This document shows, piece after piece, positions 7,911-20,357 of a DNA stretch of 64,000 bases. The notes below the pieces were generated by a model, which was not told the origin of the DNA, did no database searches, and saw only the letters and a program-made list of their open reading frames with translations. Position 1 is the stretch's first letter. Every line of letters begins with the position of its first letter. A program made the translations under genes and the position numbers. The stretch is from an uncultured delta proteobacterium (GTDB lineage: Bacteria > Myxococcota_A > Polyangia > Polyangiales > Polyangiaceae), in NCBI GenBank assembly GCA_963850305.1, contig CAWKKR010000004.1, positions 566,510 to 630,509 of the forward strand, read 5' to 3'.

Positions 7911-10620
7911 ATGCACGACGTGTCGAGCACGGAGAACGCCCCGCAATCACTCAAGGAAATGGCGCCGCCCAAACCGATGGCGCCTCCGTTGCCTGAGGGA
8001 CCGAAGAGCGATCTGCCAAAAAAGCTCGGCCGGCTCACGCTGCTCAAGCCGATCGCCAGGGGTGGGATGGGCGAAGTGTTTCTCGCGACATCGGGGGGTA
8101 TCGAGGGGGCTGAGCGCCCGTGCGTGGTGAAAATCATCCGGCGCGAGTACGCGGAAGATCCGTCCTTCCTGGCTCGGTTTTTCGACGAGGCGCGCGTCCA
8201 GGCGCAGCTCGATCACCCCGGTGTCGCGCGTGTTCTGGAGGCGACGACCGATCCCGCGGGCAAACCACTGGTCGTGGTCGAGTACATCGAGGGACGGAAT
8301 CTCGGCGAGGTTCGGAACCGCGGCTCACAGTTGAACGCGTCGATCGGGTGGGCGGAGGCGGTGGCGATTGGCGTCGCGCTCGCGGAGGCTCTCACTCATG
8401 TCCACGAGCGAACGGACGCCAACGGCGCGCCGCTCGGCATCGTGCATCGCGATCTGTCTCCGCAGAACGTGATGGTCGGCTACGGCGGCGACGTGAAGCT
8501 CATCGACTTCGGGACGGCGCGCGGGGAAAACCGGAAGTGCCACACCGTGAGCGGCGTGGTGCTCGCCAAGCCGGGTTACGTCGCGCCGGAAGTAGCGAAC
8601 AATCAACCCGGGGGCGTGGCGGCCGATCTCTATGCGCTCGGCATCATTCTGTGGGAGCTGAGCGCCGGCCGGCGCTTCCTGACGGGCGAGGCATCCGCGC
8701 ACGTCGCGGCCGTCGCCGCGGGGCGCCGCAACCCACCGCCGATCGCGGAACTCATGAAAGCCCCACTCGAGCTCGATACGTTGCTGGCGCGACTGACCGC
8801 GCCGCGCATCGAGGATCGCTTCGCATCGGCGCGGGAAGCGAGCACGGAGCTCGTTCGAGTGCTGAAGAAGGCACCAAGCCTCGCGAACGGGGAGCGCGGC
8901 GTCCGTGCTCGCATCGCGAACGCGATGGAGCGCCTCTACCCTGCGGAGCCCGCTCGTTCGCGCGCGGAACTCGGCCGGCTTCTCGCGACGGCGCGCAACG
9001 CCGAACCCGCGACGAACGCGCCGCCTCCCGCTCCGAGCCCCCACCCTGCTGCGGTCGACGAGTCGTTGTTCCCCGGTACGCGATACCGCATCTTGCGCGA
9101 GCTCGGACATGGCGCAATGGGCGTCGTTTACGAGGCGCACCACGTGGATCTCGGTCGGGTCGTCGCGCTGAAAGTGCTCCCCAAGGAAAGATGCCGCAGC
9201 ACGGAATTCGAGACGCGGTTTCGACGCGAAGCGCGTTCGATCGCGCGACTCCGCCATCCGAATCTCGTGCAGCTCCACGATTTCGGCGTGTCGACCGACG
9301 GGCGCCCCTATTACGCGATGGAGCTCCTCGAAGGCGAGACCCTGGAGCAATTCCTGGAACGCGAACGGGGCATGGACTGGCGTGAAGCGACGCGAATCGG
9401 AATCGAGACTTGCTCGGCGCTCGAGGCGGCTCATGCCGCGGGGCTCGTTCATCGGGACATCAAGCCAGGCAACGTCTTTTTGACCCGGGACGGCAAGGTG
9501 AAGCTCCTCGATTTCGGCGTCGTCCAGGTCGCGCCCGAGGAACGCGCCGAGGACGCGGACAACGTCACGCTGGTCGGCACTGTCGAGTACATGGCCCCCG
9601 AGCAGGCCGCGGGAGAAGCACTCGACGAACGCGCGGACCTCTACGCGCTGGGGTCCGTGCTGTACGAGCTCGTGACGGGAAGACTACCGCATGTCGCATC
9701 GACGACGGTCTCGCTGATCGACAAGAAGCTGCGTGCGACGCCAGAGTCGACGCGTGAACGCGCGCCGGACCGCGGAGTCCCTGCGGCACTCGATCGCGCG
9801 ATCATGCGAGCACTCGAGCCGTTTTCCGTCGCAACGGCATCCGTCGGCGGCCGAAATGCGTACGGCGCTCGAAGCGGCGCTCACCAGACCGGCGCGGGCC
9901 CGCGCGGTGAGACGAAGGGTGGCAAGCTCGCTCGTGCTGGCGTCGGCCATGCTGCTCGGGGTGGTCGTCGTGAAGAGCGCCCACCGTGCCGACGTGCGTC
10001 TCCGTGCCGCGGCTCTTCTGGGGCCCAGCGTGGAGAGTCTCGCACGGCATCTTCCCTGGGATCGACCAGCCGCGCCGGCCGCGCGCGCGCCCGAGGATCC
10101 CCCGGTCGCGATCCTGTACGAAGCGCCCAAGCCGGCGAGTGACACGCCCGCGGCGCACTCGAACGACGCCGACCCGAAGGAGCCGCCGGCTACCGCCCAT
10201 CCATCCGAGTCGACGGCCCCGTCGGAAACGCCGGAAACGACGGCGACTCCGGACCCCTCCTTCGAGTCCAATCTCGCGCGCGCCGAGAGTTTCGCCAAGA
10301 AGGGCGAACCCCTGCAGGCGCTCGCCGCGTACCGGGCCCTCGGCACGAGTCATCCCAGGGACGGCCGAGTTCTGCACGGGTGGTCGGAGGCTGCGGTGAA
10401 GACCAAGGCTTGGGGCGAAGGGCTTCGCGTCGCGATCAGCTGGGCGTCGATCGACTCCAGCCCGGAAGCGCAGCTCTACCTGGCACGAATTCAGCGATCC
10501 GCCGGCCAGCGCTACGGAGCCGTCGCCACCCTGACGCGTCTCATCGATCAGCATCCGGAAGTCCATGAGGCCAGGACCTTGCTCGACCGATTCGAAGACA
10601 AGAAGATCGCTTCGAGATAG
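7911..10620 (+). CDS. Ser/Thr kinase with two tandem kinase domains, TM and C-terminal TPR; apparent frameshift near 9820
   Basis: Domain 1 GGMGEV/HRDLSPQN/DFG; domain 2 GAMGVV/HRDIKPGN/DFG/YMAPE; continues in ORF 9733..10620 (HPSAAEMRTALE, TM, TPR-like helices). Confidence 0.85.
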
Positions 10621-10669
10621 CGCGGGTCTCCCACGAAAGCGGTAGAGTCGGCCGCTTTTTTGAGCCCCG

Positions 10670-12106
10670 ATGGCAAACGTCCCCAATCGCTCCGCGGCGG
10701 TCGTGACTCACGGCTCGACCTACTCCGTTATCCTCAAGCTCGCCGCGCCGACCGTGCTCGCGATGCTCAGTCAGAGCGTCGTGAACGACATCGACGTCGT
10801 CTTCTTCTCGCGACTTCCCTGCCCCGAGTCTTCGAACGCGCAGGCCGCGCTCCTGCCATCGTTGATCCTGCTTTGGATGTTCGGCGGATCGCTCAGCGCG
10901 ATCTCGGTGGGCACGCAGGCGCTCGCCGCCCGCCGCATCGCCGAAGAGAAGCCTGGCGACGCGGGCGCCGTGCTCGTGAACTCATGGGTATTTTCCCTGC
11001 TCGCCGGAATCGCGTTCACGGTGATCGGCTACGCCTGCCTGCCGCTCGTGCTGCGGTTCTTGATTCGGGTCCCCGCTGTTCGTGCCGCCGCACGGGCATA
11101 CATGGGCTACCGGCTCCTCGGTATCGCGAGCATGGCGATCACCTTCTCGTTCAAGGCGTTCTTCGACGGCATCGGCAAGACTGGGGTGCACATGGTGGCC
11201 GCCGTAATCATGAACGTTCTCAATGTTCTGCTCTGCTACACCTTCATTTTCGGCCATTTCGGAGCACCGCGGATGGGCGCCGGAGGCGCCGGACTCGCGG
11301 GATTCATCGCGACGTGGATCGGCCTCGCCGTGATGATCGCGTGGGCCACCCTCGGACGATACCGGCATGGCTACGGACCGTTCGACCTGTCGAAGCTCGA
11401 TCGCTCGACCACCTGGAGCATCTTGCGCCTGTCGATCCCGAGTGGTGTGGCGACGATCGCCGTCATGACGGGCTTCGCCCTCTTCTCGATGATCGTCAGC
11501 CGACTCGACACGATGACCGGCGCCGCCACCGTCGTTTCGAACTGCCCGAGTGGGCACGCAGAGGCGGTGAATAGCGCCGCCACGATGGTGATCGTCGGCG
11601 TCCTGAAGCTGACGTTCACGGCGTGCCTCGCGTTCGGCACCAGCACCGCGACTCTCGTATCGCAGTCGCTCGGCGAACGTGACGGCGAACGCGCCGCGCA
11701 GTTCGGCTGGGCCTCGGTTCGACTGGGCATCTTCATCTTCGGCATCATCGGTCTGCTGGAAGGGGTGGTCTTTCCGGGTCATGTGCTCGCGATATTCACC
11801 TCCAGCAGCGCCGTCACGCACGCGGCGATGATGCCCCTCCGGCTCATGGGCATCTGCACGCCAGTCATCGCGGTTGCCATGATCCTGTCGCAGGCGCTGT
11901 TCGGTGCGGGCAACACCGTCTTCGTGATGATCGTGGAACTCATTCTCCACTTCACGTGCCTGGTCCCTCTGGCGTGGCTTCTCGGCATCACGATGGGCTA
12001 CGGCCTCGTCGGGATCTGGAGCGCCGCGATCAGCTACATCGTGCTTCTGGCGACGGCCACCAGCGTCAAATTCGCGATGGGCGGCTGGAAGAGCATCCGG
12101 ATCTGA
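10670..12106 (+). CDS. MATE family efflux transporter
   Basis: ILKLAAPTVLAMLSQ, FFDGIGKT, MGAGGAGLA, LVSQSLG, GAGNT, GLVGIW; about 12 hydrophobic segments. Confidence 0.9.
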   Translation: MANVPNRSAAVVTHGSTYSVILKLAAPTVLAMLSQSVVNDIDVVFFSRLPCPESSNAQAALLPSLILLWMFGGSLSAISVGTQALAARRIAEEKPGDAGAVLVNSWVFSLLAGIAFTVIGYACLPLVLRFLIRVPAVRAAARAYMGYRLLGIASMAITFSFKAFFDGIGKTGVHMVAAVIMNVLNVLLCYTFIFGHFGAPRMGAGGAGLAGFIATWIGLAVMIAWATLGRYRHGYGPFDLSKLDRSTTWSILRLSIPSGVATIAVMTGFALFSMIVSRLDTMTGAATVVSNCPSGHAEAVNSAATMVIVGVLKLTFTACLAFGTSTATLVSQSLGERDGERAAQFGWASVRLGIFIFGIIGLLEGVVFPGHVLAIFTSSSAVTHAAMMPLRLMGICTPVIAVAMILSQALFGAGNTVFVMIVELILHFTCLVPLAWLLGITMGYGLVGIWSAAISYIVLLATATSVKFAMGGWKSIRI

Positions 12107-12157
12107 GGCGGCACCGCGTGTGAGGCGGTCCCGAACCCCCGCGATCGGCGGACCGGA

Positions 12158-12231
12158 GGACGCTTGCTTTCTGCGCTCCCAGCGGGAGCTACGGACGCTT
12201 ACTTTCCCGCGCTGCCGGCGGGAGCTGCGGA
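12158..12231. repeat. Degenerate tandem duplication (about 36 bp) of the dctM 3' end
   Basis: ggacgcttgctttctgcgctcccagcgggagctacgga versus ggacgcttactttcccgcgctgccggcgggagctgcgga. Confidence 0.6.
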
Positions 12232-13788
12232 AGGCGGACCCGCGTCATCGCCGAGGCCCTTGAGAAGCTGGTCGACTTCCTTGTCTTCCTCGGACTCCGC
12301 CGATGGTGCGCCAGATGCGCTCGGCGCCGCCGAACCTGCTGGCCCGGTTTGATCGAGCGTCGGTTCGTCGTCGTCGACATCCTGCCCGGTCCCCCACTTC
12401 TTCTTTTCTTCTTCCGTACAGGGGAGCGGATTGTTGCGGTCCTCCTGGACGCACTCCATCATCCACGCCTCGCGAGGCGGTTCGTGGAACTTGGCGGCCT
12501 TGGCCTTCGCGATCAGGATGTCGTTATCGACGGCGAAGGTCGATATCTTGGGGACCGCATCCACGATGATCAGCCCCAGCGCCATGATCGCGACGAAGGG
12601 GAACGTCAACTTGTACAGATCCACCATCGAGCGGTTGAAGCGATAACTCGCGACGAACACGTTCTGGCCGAAGGGTGGCAGGAGGTTACACACCTCCATG
12701 TTGAGCAGGAACATGATGCACATGTGGAACGGCTGAATGCCGAACCGAGCCGCGAACGGTGTGATCAGGGGCACGCTGACCAGGATCATGCTGATCCCGT
12801 CCATCACCATCACGTACAGGAACAAGTTCAGCGCGAACAGGAACTCCCAGCGCTGATTGATCCCGGCATGGCTCATCCACTGGTAGACCTTGTCCGGGAT
12901 CTGCTCGCTGATCATGTAGTTCGTCAGCGACATGGCGAACGCCATGATGAGCAGAAGCCCGCCCGCAAGGCCCATCGCGTTCCGCGCGATTCGCAGGAAG
13001 TCCTTGAAGTCGAGATCCTCGTAGACGTAGACCTCGATGATGATCGCGTAGAACGCCGCCAGCGCCGCTGCCTCGTCGATCTGCGTCAGCCCCGTCGCGA
13101 GCCCCCCCAGGATCAGGAAGGGGACGCCGATCTCCCACTTGACCTCCCAGAGCGCAGCGCCGGCTTCCTTCGCGTCGAACTTCTGGGTAGGGATCTCGTT
13201 TCGCCGCGCGACGAAGACAGCGTAAAGGCTCAGCATCGCGATGATGAAGAGCCCGGGCGCGATACCCGACTTGAACGCCTTGTTGAAGTCGATCCCCGCG
13301 ACGAGGGAGTAGACGAGAATCGGCAGCGACGGGGGAAGAAGAAGTCCGACGGAACCGCTCGTGGTCACGACACCGAGCGCGAACCGCTCGGGATAGCCGC
13401 TCGCAACCATGGTGGGGTAGAGCAGAGCGCCTATCGCAACGATGGTGATCGCGCTTCCGCCGGTGAACGTCGTGAAGAACGCACTGGCGATGATGCAGAC
13501 GATCGCTAGGCCACCCGGGACCCATCCAAGAAACGCTTGCGCCGCGCGCACGATGCGTTCCGGCGTCTTCGACTCGGCCATCATGTAGCCGATGAACGTG
13601 AAGAGCGGCACGGTCACCAGGACGGGAGAGCCCGCGAATCGCTCGTCAAGGACGTCCGGCGCGAGGAACCGCAGGACGCGCATATCGGGGTTGTGATGCG
13701 TGAGCCAGGCGATCTCCGTCCATCCGCCCATGATGGCGAACACCGGAGTGCCGATGATGACGAGGATGAAGATGAGCAGACCGAACAT
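12199..13788 (-). CDS. dctM: TRAP transporter large permease
   Basis: VPLFTFIGYMM, PGGLAIV, GSVGLLLPPSLPILVY, PPFGQNVF. Confidence 0.9.
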   Translation of the reverse strand: MFGLLIFILVIIGTPVFAIMGGWTEIAWLTHHNPDMRVLRFLAPDVLDERFAGSPVLVTVPLFTFIGYMMAESKTPERIVRAAQAFLGWVPGGLAIVCIIASAFFTTFTGGSAITIVAIGALLYPTMVASGYPERFALGVVTTSGSVGLLLPPSLPILVYSLVAGIDFNKAFKSGIAPGLFIIAMLSLYAVFVARRNEIPTQKFDAKEAGAALWEVKWEIGVPFLILGGLATGLTQIDEAAALAAFYAIIIEVYVYEDLDFKDFLRIARNAMGLAGGLLLIMAFAMSLTNYMISEQIPDKVYQWMSHAGINQRWEFLFALNLFLYVMVMDGISMILVSVPLITPFAARFGIQPFHMCIMFLLNMEVCNLLPPFGQNVFVASYRFNRSMVDLYKLTFPFVAIMALGLIIVDAVPKISTFAVDNDILIAKAKAAKFHEPPREAWMMECVQEDRNNPLPCTEEEKKKWGTGQDVDDDEPTLDQTGPAGSAAPSASGAPSAESEEDKEVDQLLKGLGDDAGPPSAAPAGSAGK

Positions 13789-13793
13789 GAACT

Positions 13794-14915
13794 TCAGGCC
13801 TTCGAATCCGCCGGGGTCGGCTCTTCCGCCGGAAATTCATCCGACTCGTCGGGGTCCACGCTCGCGTGGCCGGTCAGGACGAGGATGGATCGCACGACGA
13901 ATCGGATCGCGATGATGAGCAGCCCTATCGGAAACACCAGGTTCGCGGCGTTGATGAGCTCGCCCCGCGGTTCGCCACGCCCAGGGATCACGATCAACGG
14001 CGCCCGCGATTCGTCGTCCGGGATCTTCAGACTGTCAGCCTGCTCCTGGCCGTAGCGCTGGACCAGCCCCGAAGTTTCGAGCCACGCGTTCCACTCCTTG
14101 CCCTTGAGCCAGTCCGCGTACGCCTGACCGCGAATGAGGATGTGCGGCGCGCTCTTGAAGTCGAGCTCGATCTGCTTTCTGGCGATGAAGAAGTCTTCCC
14201 CAAGCTGCTGGATGACGCGACTGACCTTGGCTCCTGCCCTGGCATCTGCGTTTGCCCCGAAGCTCTCGATCGCAATGTGGTCGAAAAAGCCCCAGGCGGC
14301 CGCACCGGATACCAGTGCCGACACCAGCCAACCGACGATGACCATCGCCACCCGGGGGCGGTAACTGACGAACCGCGTGGCGATGTCGATGATGATGTGT
14401 TTGCCCTTGGCCGTCGCGAGCGACCCGCCCACGAGTGCGAGCAACAACGTCAGGCGCGTACCGACGCCCCGGAGGCCGCCGAGCAAAGTGAGAAAGCAGG
14501 CTTGATTGTACCAATTGAGGAGATTCGACGTGTATCCCACGCCGAAATTGGCCCACGTTTTTCCGATGGCGAGCCCCAAGAAGACCGCGGCAAGCGTGAG
14601 ATTTCGGCGAAGCGCCTCCGACTGCTTGCGAAGCCCGAAGTGGGCAAGCATGCCGAGCGCAATTGCCCCCACCAAGGAACGGAAGACGATGCCTGCTGAG
14701 CTCTCGCCGCCCGGCGGAGTCGAGAATCCCTTCAGGAAGACCCAGAGGGACATGGAAAGGATTTCGAGCGCGAGCGCTAGCACTGCGAGCCACGTCTCGA
14801 AGCGCGTCCAGGCCGTGTCGAGCCGCACCAGCGGAAGGGCCCAAGGCGCGCCCTTTTTTTCCGGCTCGCGATGAGCGCCGCCACCGCCGTCGCTCGTGTT
14901 GACCTCGCTCGACAT
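13794..14915 (-). CDS. dctQ: TRAP transporter small permease with a large insertion
   Basis: Position between dctP and dctM; GGSLATAKGKHIIID motif; VFPIGLLIIAIRF. Confidence 0.75.
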   Translation of the reverse strand: MSSEVNTSDGGGGAHREPEKKGAPWALPLVRLDTAWTRFETWLAVLALALEILSMSLWVFLKGFSTPPGGESSAGIVFRSLVGAIALGMLAHFGLRKQSEALRRNLTLAAVFLGLAIGKTWANFGVGYTSNLLNWYNQACFLTLLGGLRGVGTRLTLLLALVGGSLATAKGKHIIIDIATRFVSYRPRVAMVIVGWLVSALVSGAAAWGFFDHIAIESFGANADARAGAKVSRVIQQLGEDFFIARKQIELDFKSAPHILIRGQAYADWLKGKEWNAWLETSGLVQRYGQEQADSLKIPDDESRAPLIVIPGRGEPRGELINAANLVFPIGLLIIAIRFVVRSILVLTGHASVDPDESDEFPAEEPTPADSKA

Positions 14916-15072
14916 GGCCGCGCGCGAAGTTAGGCCAAGCGAACGGTGCCGTCACCTGGAAAGGGTCGCGCCGACGCGGGCTCGGAGGCCTTAACGAACG
15001 ATGAAAGCGCTCACGCTCGCTCGTCCGCACGAGCTCGGTTGGCGCGTCGCGTCGCGTCGCGTTCTTCTGGCC

Positions 15073-16056
15073 TCAGCAGTAACCGATCCTCGTGAGCACG
15101 TCGCCGGGAAGTGCTGCCTTCACCCGCTGACAAGCCTTCTTGAAGATCCTGTCCCACGCGTCGTGCTCGGCCGGAGTCGGATTGTGCACGGCCATCTTCT
15201 GTTCGAGCCGCGCCAGCGACTCGTCGTCTTCCTTTCGGATGATCTTCGTCAGCATTTCAGACGCCGCCGCGCCGGTCTTCTCGAGAATTTCCCGTTCGTC
15301 CGCGGGCAACCGCTCGAGCTCCTTGTTCGACAGGACCACCGCACCCACGCCGAATCCCACGACCCCCGTGTTCACGTGATCGAGCCGCGACGTCCACTGA
15401 AGCTGCTCCGCGGGCAGTGCCGGTACCGAAAGCTCGTCGATTGCACCCGAGTTGAGGAGCGGAAGAAACTCGTTCACATCGGCCGGCTTTGGGGTGATGC
15501 CGCCGATCGCCTCGAACACCTTGGGGCCAATGATGTCCTGGGCGATGAGCCCGGGGGACCTGCCCCTCAGATCCTCGGGCACCTTCACTTCGTACCCCCG
15601 GGTGAACGTACGAGCGATGCCGACATCGCCCCAGCCGCCGACGTAAAATCCAGCCTCGTTCATCGCCTTGTCGAACTCGGGACGGAGCTGCTCGCGTGCT
15701 TTATCGAGCTGGGCCCAGGTCTGGAAAGCGCCCGGCATCTGTAGGGCGACGATTGGCTTGTAAATCTCGGAAAGGCCGACTGCCGTGATGGCGGCACCGG
15801 TGATCTGACCGCTCCGGATCTTGCCAACGGTATTTGCCTCCGGGCCCGCCGTGCCGTTCCAGAGCCACTCGACATCGACGTCGCCCTTGGTCTTGTCGTC
15901 GACCGCCTTCGACCAGGCCGAAAACACCTTGCCCCACGGGCTGTGTTTCGGAGCCAGCGTCGCGATCCGGATCGTCGTCTTCGCGGACGCCGTTCCAGCC
16001 ATCCCGAGGGTCACGAATGTTGCCGCGAGCAAGGCGGCGGGGAGCTTCCGGTTCAT
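15073..16056 (-). CDS. dctP: TRAP substrate-binding protein (DctP/TatP type)
   Basis: Signal peptide; IRIATLAPKHSPW; KIRSGQI. Confidence 0.88.
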   Translation of the reverse strand: MNRKLPAALLAATFVTLGMAGTASAKTTIRIATLAPKHSPWGKVFSAWSKAVDDKTKGDVDVEWLWNGTAGPEANTVGKIRSGQITGAAITAVGLSEIYKPIVALQMPGAFQTWAQLDKAREQLRPEFDKAMNEAGFYVGGWGDVGIARTFTRGYEVKVPEDLRGRSPGLIAQDIIGPKVFEAIGGITPKPADVNEFLPLLNSGAIDELSVPALPAEQLQWTSRLDHVNTGVVGFGVGAVVLSNKELERLPADEREILEKTGAAASEMLTKIIRKEDDESLARLEQKMAVHNPTPAEHDAWDRIFKKACQRVKAALPGDVLTRIGYC

Positions 16057-16209
16057 GTCGTTGATCCTTCCATCATTGTCGACTCGAGCTTGAGCGCTAA
16101 CCGAACGCTGACTTGCGCGGAGCTCGCCTCGAGCGCGCCCCAGCGTGAGACGAGTCCGCGGCGGATTCGAATCAAAGATCCGTGCGGCTTAGCTGATCCG
16201 CCGTTCAGC

Positions 16210-17142
16210 TCAATCGGTGAAACCACAATCTTCCTGGAAAATCTTGTTGTCCAGGTACCTTCGGGCTCGCCTCTTGGCAATCAGGTTTTGTAGGCGCGCC
16301 TCGGGAATCGGATCGCCGGCGGCGAGAACCTCGTTCAGGAGGCGCTCGTAGTTCTTTCGGTCGCTTCTTGCGCAATAATAGCGCGTGGCGTAGTTGAGCT
16401 GCGTCGGAAGAAACTTGCCACCGTTGATCTTCATGGCCGCGTCGAAGTGCTGCTTCGACTGGTCGAGCTCGGATTGAGCCGTTCGGGCGTGATACGCGCC
16501 GAGCAGGATGTGCGCCATCCCATGCTCGAGGTTCTCGTCGAGGGCCAGAGAGCGTTCCGCGAGCGCCACCCCAACGTATAGGTTTCCGACGACCGAGGGG
16601 TCGTCCTTGGCAGCGTCCACCATGCCGAGCCATGCGTACGCGATCCAGAGGAGATCCTCGGCCTCCTTCCTGTCGTTGAAGTTCTTCGTGACCCACGCGT
16701 TCATCGTGTCCGCGTTGCGTTGAGCGGCGTCGAATCCCTCGGCTTCCTTGTTCAAGAGCTGAATCCCGAAGAAGCGAGCTCGCTTGAAGCCGGCAATCGT
16801 GCGCGCATGATGGTAGGCGGACATCTGGTCGTCCTTGGCAATCTCCGCGAGCTCGAACTCGTCTTCGGTGAAGCCGAAGGTGGCGCCGGCCCAGCTCTTG
16901 GTCAGCAAGAAGAGATTGTCCTCGTTGTACGGCGCGATCTTGTAGAGCCCCTCGAGCTGGCCGAGTCCGGCGCGAGCCACCGCCCGGGCGACCTCGAAGT
17001 CCTGGAGCGTACTGACCGCGTCCGCACCCTCACGCGTCCCGCTGATCTGTCCGTCAATCAGGACTTTCTTCAGGCAACCCGTGACGGACATGCTCAACAC
17101 GGCCGAAAGGAGCGCCCCGACAATCCCTCGCACAGAGCTCAT
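16210..17142 (-). CDS. TRAP-associated TatT (T component) lipoprotein
   Basis: Lipobox VTGC; helical TPR-like body ending NLIAKRRARRYL; directly upstream of dctP. Confidence 0.8.
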   Translation of the reverse strand: MSSVRGIVGALLSAVLSMSVTGCLKKVLIDGQISGTREGADAVSTLQDFEVARAVARAGLGQLEGLYKIAPYNEDNLFLLTKSWAGATFGFTEDEFELAEIAKDDQMSAYHHARTIAGFKRARFFGIQLLNKEAEGFDAAQRNADTMNAWVTKNFNDRKEAEDLLWIAYAWLGMVDAAKDDPSVVGNLYVGVALAERSLALDENLEHGMAHILLGAYHARTAQSELDQSKQHFDAAMKINGGKFLPTQLNYATRYYCARSDRKNYERLLNEVLAAGDPIPEARLQNLIAKRRARRYLDNKIFQEDCGFTD

Positions 17143-17220
17143 GGGCCGCGTTTTTACCGGCGTTCGGATCGGGATTCAACGAATGTCCGACGAGCGGACG
17201 CCAAACAGAGGGTGACCTCT

Positions 17221-18501
17221 CTATCCCGACGAGCCCGCTGCGCCGAGGACCGAGCAAGCGACGTTCATTCTCACGGACGGATCGGCATCCGCCAGCGCCT
17301 CAGCCATCTCGCTCGGATGGCCCAGCTTGAAGAGCGCCACAGCCGCGCGCGCCCTGGCAGTAGGCCCATCGGTGGCCAAGTCCCGTTTAAGGAGCGGAAC
17401 TGCCGCAGAATCGCCGGCGGCGACAAGCGCCAGGCGCGCCTGACGCGCTGCGCTGTCGTCGGCGTGGGCAAGGGACTCGAGATCGGTGATGGCGGCTGCT
17501 CTGCGTTTTGCAATTTCCGCCAATCGGCCGAGAGCAGAGATCCGCACGGAGGGCTCGTCGGACGTCGCCGCGATGCCGACCGCGGCGAGAGCCTCCGGGT
17601 CGTCCAGGGATGCAAGCTCGATCGCGACGCGCCGCTCGTCGGCCGTTCCCTCTGTTATCGCTCGAGCGAGCGCAGCGCGGCCCTCACGCGCTCCATCGCC
17701 GTCGAGTCGCGACAGGTCGCTCGCCGCGACGACCGCCGGGATGCTGCCACCCGACTCCACGACCCCCAGGAGTTCATCCGCACCGCCCGCGGAAAACGTC
17801 TTCGGCATGCTCCACGCATCCACTATCGCCAGCCTCTCGTCCGCGTCTGCTCCGGGCCAGAGATCGCCGAGCGCCCGTACCGTGCGCACGCCGCCGATCG
17901 CTCCGGAGGCCCGGGTGGCGATGCTACGACTCAGCGGATCCGGATCGAGCCGTGCGGTCTCGAGGAGGAGGCCGAGATCCGCCGGGTCGCGCGCCTCGAG
18001 CCCGCTCCGCAGGGCCTCGCGACGGACGCGTTCGTCACCATCGACGTAGAAGGTGCGGCGCAGTCCGGCGAGCGATGACGACGCCGTGCCTCCGGCTGCG
18101 ACGGCGCGCCACGCCCCGCTGGGCGACCTTGCATACTGCTCGACGAGCGATCCGCGATTGACCGCACCTGCGTCGGCCAGAAGCAACATCGCTGCCGCAC
18201 CGGCATCGTCCGATGCGCGCGCGCGCTCTCGCAGCTCGGTCTCGACGTCCTTCACGCAGCCGATGGACGAGAGGATCCTGGGCAGCACGTCGTCGCCTCG
18301 TGCGGAGCGAACCTCACGTCTCGCGACGGCTTCCGCCAAAGCCACGACGTTGCCCCGGGCCATGTGTCCGGACGCAGACGCGGCGCGGATCTCGGATTTG
18401 AGCGCCGGTAGATCTCCGTGGTACGCGGTCTTCACGTAGCCCGGCAGCGAGCAGCCGGCAGCGAGAAACGCGGCACCCAAAAACCAAGAACGAACGGCCA
18501 T
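17221..18501 (-). CDS. HEAT-repeat lipoprotein
   Basis: Lipobox LAAGC; repeats of D-x-D-x-x-VR type (DGDERVRREA, DPDPLSR, DEPSVR, DADPSVR). Confidence 0.7.
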   Translation of the reverse strand: MAVRSWFLGAAFLAAGCSLPGYVKTAYHGDLPALKSEIRAASASGHMARGNVVALAEAVARREVRSARGDDVLPRILSSIGCVKDVETELRERARASDDAGAAAMLLLADAGAVNRGSLVEQYARSPSGAWRAVAAGGTASSSLAGLRRTFYVDGDERVRREALRSGLEARDPADLGLLLETARLDPDPLSRSIATRASGAIGGVRTVRALGDLWPGADADERLAIVDAWSMPKTFSAGGADELLGVVESGGSIPAVVAASDLSRLDGDGAREGRAALARAITEGTADERRVAIELASLDDPEALAAVGIAATSDEPSVRISALGRLAEIAKRRAAAITDLESLAHADDSAARQARLALVAAGDSAAVPLLKRDLATDGPTARARAAVALFKLGHPSEMAEALADADPSVRMNVACSVLGAAGSSG

Positions 18502-18553
18502 ATCTCTCAGCTCGGGAGCAAGGAGCGATTTGCGGCGGAACGGCCGCTCGGAC

Positions 18554-20296
<1,743 letters not shown>

Positions 20297-20357
20297 TCAG
20301 ATGCGCGGTTATCGTAACTTCATCTTCGATCTTCGTGCAGAGAGAGCAAGCACAGGA

